A stretch of DNA of 48,925 nucleotides from Candidatus Sericytochromatia bacterium (lineage in GTDB: Bacteria > Cyanobacteriota > Sericytochromatia > S15B-MN24 > JAQBPE01), in assembly GCA_035285125.1 (NCBI GenBank), contig JAYKHR010000120.1, positions 1-48,925 of the forward strand, given 5' to 3'. The notes under the pieces were generated by a model. It did no database searches and was not told the DNA's origin. It saw only the letters and a list, made by a program, of their open reading frames with translations. Below, in pieces: positions 45,671 to 48,925 of the stretch (positions within the stretch are counted from its first letter, which is position 1; each line of letters starts with the position of its first letter). A program made the translations under genes and the position numbers.

Positions 45671-47428
45671 ATGGCTCACACGCGCCCGCACGTTGCCGCG
45701 GCAGTCGCCAGCACGCTGTCTTTGGCCCTCCTCACGGGCTGCCCGGTCGCACCGACCGGTACCACCCCGAGCGCGCCCTCCGCCTCGCCCTCCGCACCTG
45801 CCTCCCCCGCCACGACCACGGCGCCTGCCACGGCCACGCCCGGCGCGGCGACGGGCCCGGCGTCGGCTGCCCCGTCGAGCGCAGCCTCAGCGCCCCCACC
45901 TTCGGGCCGCGTGGTCGTGGTCTCCGGCATGGTCTATGACGAGGCAGACGCCGTGGTCGATGGCGCGGTCGTCACGGCGCGTTCGCTCAACGAGGGTGTC
46001 CCGTTCAAGGCCACGGCGGAGACCACGGCAGGTTCGTACGTCCTCAACAACGTGCCCGAGGGCGCGAACATCGAGGTGGTGGTCACCAAGCCCGGCTGGA
46101 CCACGCGCCGGCGCGTGCAGTCCTTCCAGCAGCGGGCCACGGGCGAAAAGAACACGCTGAACTTCGGCTACGATGGCAGCCTGATAGCCAATGCGCTTCC
46201 CGACGGGGCGGCCTACTTCATCTCGGACTATCCTGAGATTGCGCAGACCACGCCCGAGCACGACGCCAAGGGGCTCGACCCGACCAAGCTCGCCATCAAG
46301 GTGACGCTGAGTGAGGCGCTCGATGAGGACAGCCGCGACGCGTTCGACGATGCCTTCCACATCGTGCCGGCCAATGCGCAGGCCGCTGCGCAGGCCGTCG
46401 ACGTCGCTGGCCTGGAGACGTTCAACAACGCAGGTACGGATGACGGCGCGCAGGCGATCTCCGTCAATTCGTTCTCCTACACGCTGAACGAGGGTGACAC
46501 CTTCCTCGGCAGCGTCCGCAACCGGGTTCGCTCCAACTGGAACGCCGAGGGCACGGAGGTGGTCTACACCTTCGAGGGCGGAAACCTGAAGACGGACGAC
46601 CAGGAGCCGGCCGAGTACCAGGCGCTGATGATTGCCGGTGCTGACACCATCGAGGACGCCGAAGGCCACCAACTCGGCACCAGCGGTGGGGGGACCTTCA
46701 CGAAGCCATCGGCGGGGCAGCTCATCTATAACGTCTTCAAGGACACCGAACTCGCGCTCACGCCCGTGGTCATCCCCAGGTACCGCCTGATGGTGGGCCC
46801 CCTTGCCAACACCCACTGGGGCGAGACGCACCAGACGGCCGTTGCCTTCGAGTTCGCCGAGGACGACACGGACCCGCGCCTGACCAAGGTCGACGTGTTC
46901 GAGGACGACACCGACGCTCGCATCGAACTCACCTTCAGCGAGCCGCTGGCGGCTTACGCGGGGTCCGGCCGGGCCACGATCGACCCGGCGATGTACCTGC
47001 TCGCAAACTACTCGTTCATGGTGGGCGCCAACTCGGGGGATCTCGACGGCGAGCAGCTCGAGGGCGGCATCACCGTCGTCGACGCCAAGGATCTCGATGC
47101 CGGCCTGCCGACCTTCACGGCGAAGCAGGAGTTCGGCTTCAAGGCGCTGACCTCCATCGGCGACCACGCCGGCCCGCGCCTGAACGACGTGGCGACCAAC
47201 ACGCTCCACGGCGTGGGCAAGGACCTCGACGCAGCCTCGCAGGCGACGGTCGCGATCGAGGTGGATCCGGACATGCCGAACACGGTCAACCTCTGGGTCC
47301 GGAACGGGCGCACGATGTTCGACGGCTTCCGGGCCATCAAGGCGCGGGTCGAGGGGATCGTCGATCCGGCTGGCAACAGCATCCGGGCGAACGACGCCGA
47401 CCGCAGCATGGCTGGCGCGACGATCTAG
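45671..47428 (+). CDS. Lipoprotein: Ser/Ala/Pro linker, carboxypeptidase-regulatory-like domain, acidic Ig-like region (paralog 1)
   Basis: Lipobox LTGC; VSGMVYDE..AVVDGAVVT...GSY.LNNVP; GAGGA SD. Confidence 0.85.
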   Translation: MAHTRPHVAAAVASTLSLALLTGCPVAPTGTTPSAPSASPSAPASPATTTAPATATPGAATGPASAAPSSAASAPPPSGRVVVVSGMVYDEADAVVDGAVVTARSLNEGVPFKATAETTAGSYVLNNVPEGANIEVVVTKPGWTTRRRVQSFQQRATGEKNTLNFGYDGSLIANALPDGAAYFISDYPEIAQTTPEHDAKGLDPTKLAIKVTLSEALDEDSRDAFDDAFHIVPANAQAAAQAVDVAGLETFNNAGTDDGAQAISVNSFSYTLNEGDTFLGSVRNRVRSNWNAEGTEVVYTFEGGNLKTDDQEPAEYQALMIAGADTIEDAEGHQLGTSGGGTFTKPSAGQLIYNVFKDTELALTPVVIPRYRLMVGPLANTHWGETHQTAVAFEFAEDDTDPRLTKVDVFEDDTDARIELTFSEPLAAYAGSGRATIDPAMYLLANYSFMVGANSGDLDGEQLEGGITVVDAKDLDAGLPTFTAKQEFGFKALTSIGDHAGPRLNDVATNTLHGVGKDLDAASQATVAIEVDPDMPNTVNLWVRNGRTMFDGFRAIKARVEGIVDPAGNSIRANDADRSMAGATI

Positions 47429-47451
47429 ACCGAGCCGAGCCCAGATCACCG

Positions 47452-47489
47452 AGCCGGGGTGCTGCGCAGCAGCGCCCCGGCTTTTTTTT
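47452..47489 (+). terminator. Rho-independent terminator
   Basis: AGCCGGGGTGCTGC-gca-GCAGCGCCCCGGCT followed by a T-run. Confidence 0.9.
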
Positions 47490-47946
47490 CGTCCGGCCGC
47501 GCTGGGGGCCTGGCTGGCGGGCTGATCGCTTTGCCGGTTGCGCACGCGTGGACCGGGCCGGAACCTGCGGCCAGTCCTGTGCCCGTGGTACGCCCCCTCC
47601 GGCGGCGGCGTCCTGTGCCCCTGGCGAGCAGTGGGAGATCTGGCGGACCTGCCCTTTACCCCTGGGGGTCCATGCCAGATCAGGAGAGGGCGTCCTGTTT
47701 CCTCGGCACCCCCGGCCAGATCGGGCGGCTCTCGCTGTGCCCCTTGGGCGGGCCGGCCTGAGGCCATGTCGGGTCGCTTGGCCCGGGGGGCGTGTGGTGG
47801 TGGGGGGTAGACCGTTGCCTGACGACGGTTTCGGGTGGCCGAGCGGCCCGGCCGAAGGGGCCGCGCCAGCCCCGCCGCGTGACGGCGGGCACACCCCCGG
47901 CGTCACCTGCTGCACAGGCCCCGCGTGAGGAGCCCCGCGAAAGGCA

Positions 47947-48013
47947 TGTGCGGCCTTTCACGCCTGCGATGTGACGCCAGGCACACGGGGGCAACTTTCC
48001 ACCGTGTTATAAA
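47947..48013 (+). promoter_or_regulatory. Putative CRP-family class II promoter: two TGTGA-N6-TCACA-like boxes and an extended -10
   Basis: TGTGC-N6-TCACG at 47947-47962; TGTGA-N6-GCACA at 47970-47985; TGnTATAAA at 48005-48013. Confidence 0.55.
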
Positions 48014-48224
48014 AATCTCAGGTTGCAGCGCTTCCGTGTTCACCTCCTGTGCTGTGGACGACCGCTCCCCCGGTTCGTTTGACAGCAGGAACCGAACGAC
48101 TTAACATTGGAAGCCTGTTTATCCTACGGTAAACACACTCTTATCCCTGCACTCGGGTCCGGCGGCCTAGCGTCGGTTTCCAGTGACCAGTCGTCCCACA
48201 ATCCAGAAAGAGGACTGAACAGCA

Positions 48225-48925
48225 ATGGCTTTCACGCGCAAGAACGTGGCCGCCGCCGTCGCCGGGACCCTGTCCCTCGCGATGCTGACGGGCTGCCCCG
48301 CCCCCAACGCTCCGAGCACCGGCTCTTCGGCCGCCCCCTCGGCTGCCCCCTCGGCTGCCACCTCGGCTGCTCCCTCGGCTGCCGCCTCGGCTGCTCCGAG
48401 CGCCGCCGCTTCCGGCGCCCCGGCGTCCGACGCCCCCTCCGCCGCTCCTTCGGTCGCCGTGTCGGCTCCTCCGCCGTCGGGCAAGACCGTCATCGTCTCG
48501 GGCACCGTCCGGAACGAGAAGGGCGCCACCGTTGACGGCGCGACCGTCACCGTCAAGTCGCTCAACCCCTCGATCACCTACTCCGCGACCGCCCAGACCA
48601 CGGACGGCTCCTACGTCGTCAACAACGTGCCCGAAGGCGTCAACGTCGAGGTCGTCGTCACCAAGGATGGCTACACCACCCGTCGTCGGGTGCAGTCCTT
48701 CCAGCAGTCGGCCACCGGCCAGAAGAACCTGCTGAACTTCGGCGCCCAGACCGGCGCTCAGGGTGAGGACGGCGGTGCCTACTTCATCTCGGACTACCCC
48801 GAGATCGCGATGACGACCCCCGAGCACGATGCCAAGGGCGTCGACGGCACGAAGCTCAGCTTCAAGGTCGTCCTGTCCGAGGCCATCGATGAGGACAGCC
48901 GCGACGCGTTCGAGAAGAACTTCCA
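48225..48925 (+). CDS. Lipoprotein paralog 2, truncated by the window end (not in the ORF track)
   Basis: MAFTRKNVAAAVAGTLSLAMLTGC...; shares NNVPEG.N.EVVVTK.G.TTRRRVQSFQQ, AYFISDYPEIA.TTPEHDAKG and DEDSRDAF with 45671..47428. Confidence 0.92.
   Translation, partial: MAFTRKNVAAAVAGTLSLAMLTGCPAPNAPSTGSSAAPSAAPSAATSAAPSAAASAAPSAAASGAPASDAPSAAPSVAVSAPPPSGKTVIVSGTVRNEKGATVDGATVTVKSLNPSITYSATAQTTDGSYVVNNVPEGVNVEVVVTKDGYTTRRRVQSFQQSATGQKNLLNFGAQTGAQGEDGGAYFISDYPEIAMTTPEHDAKGVDGTKLSFKVVLSEAIDEDSRDAFEKNF
48327..48398 (+). repeat. Six 12-nt units encoding an SAA(P/T/A) linker
   Basis: tcggc(c/t)gc(c/t)nnn units read directly. Confidence 0.85.

Noticed and set aside
41066..45691. 1541-aa - strand ORF
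   Set aside because: Arg/Pro/Gly-rich antisense shadow of the outer-membrane protein and NHL lipoprotein genes.
47490..48224. Riboswitch (e.g. c-di-GMP) or small CDS in the 735-nt intergenic region
   Set aside because: I found no consensus I recognise, and the ORFs lack SD sequences and codon bias. An Rfam scan would be needed to exclude an RNA element fully.

Overview
High-GC bacterial chromosome segment with almost all genes on the + strand. Bases 1-10.8 kb hold the distal spc and alpha ribosomal-protein cluster: rpsH-rplF-rplR-rpsE-rpmD-rplO-secY-adk-map-rpmJ-rpsM-rpsK-rpsD-rpoA-rplQ-truA-rplM-rpsI, with no infA. L18, S5 and RpoA read like cyanobacterial orthologues while rpmD, map and rpsD remain in the cluster, so I infer a non-photosynthetic cyanobacterial relative such as Sericytochromatia. 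Next come an exported flavin amine oxidase, a GH36 alpha-galactosidase, a class-V aminotransferase with serA, and dnaX. The remaining ~28 kb is an envelope and signalling region. It contains (i) a three-gene type IV minor-pilin cassette whose middle pilin is ~1370 aa; (ii) a DUF3465 and phospholipase-D lipoprotein pair; (iii) a 1841-aa Ser/Thr kinase/P-loop ATPase/TPR/GAF/GAF/HD-GYP protein, apparently coupled through a CTG start to a membrane LysM protein with a degenerate PP2C domain; (iv) an FtsA-like protein with ubiquitin-like repeats ending in Gly-Gly, next to a peptidase/nucleotidyltransferase fusion; and (v) two small proteins, an outer-membrane protein, an NHL-repeat lipoprotein and two tandem paralogous lipoproteins. 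I saw no rRNA, tRNA, CRISPR array or mobile element. All family calls come from motif recognition by eye; no searches were run.
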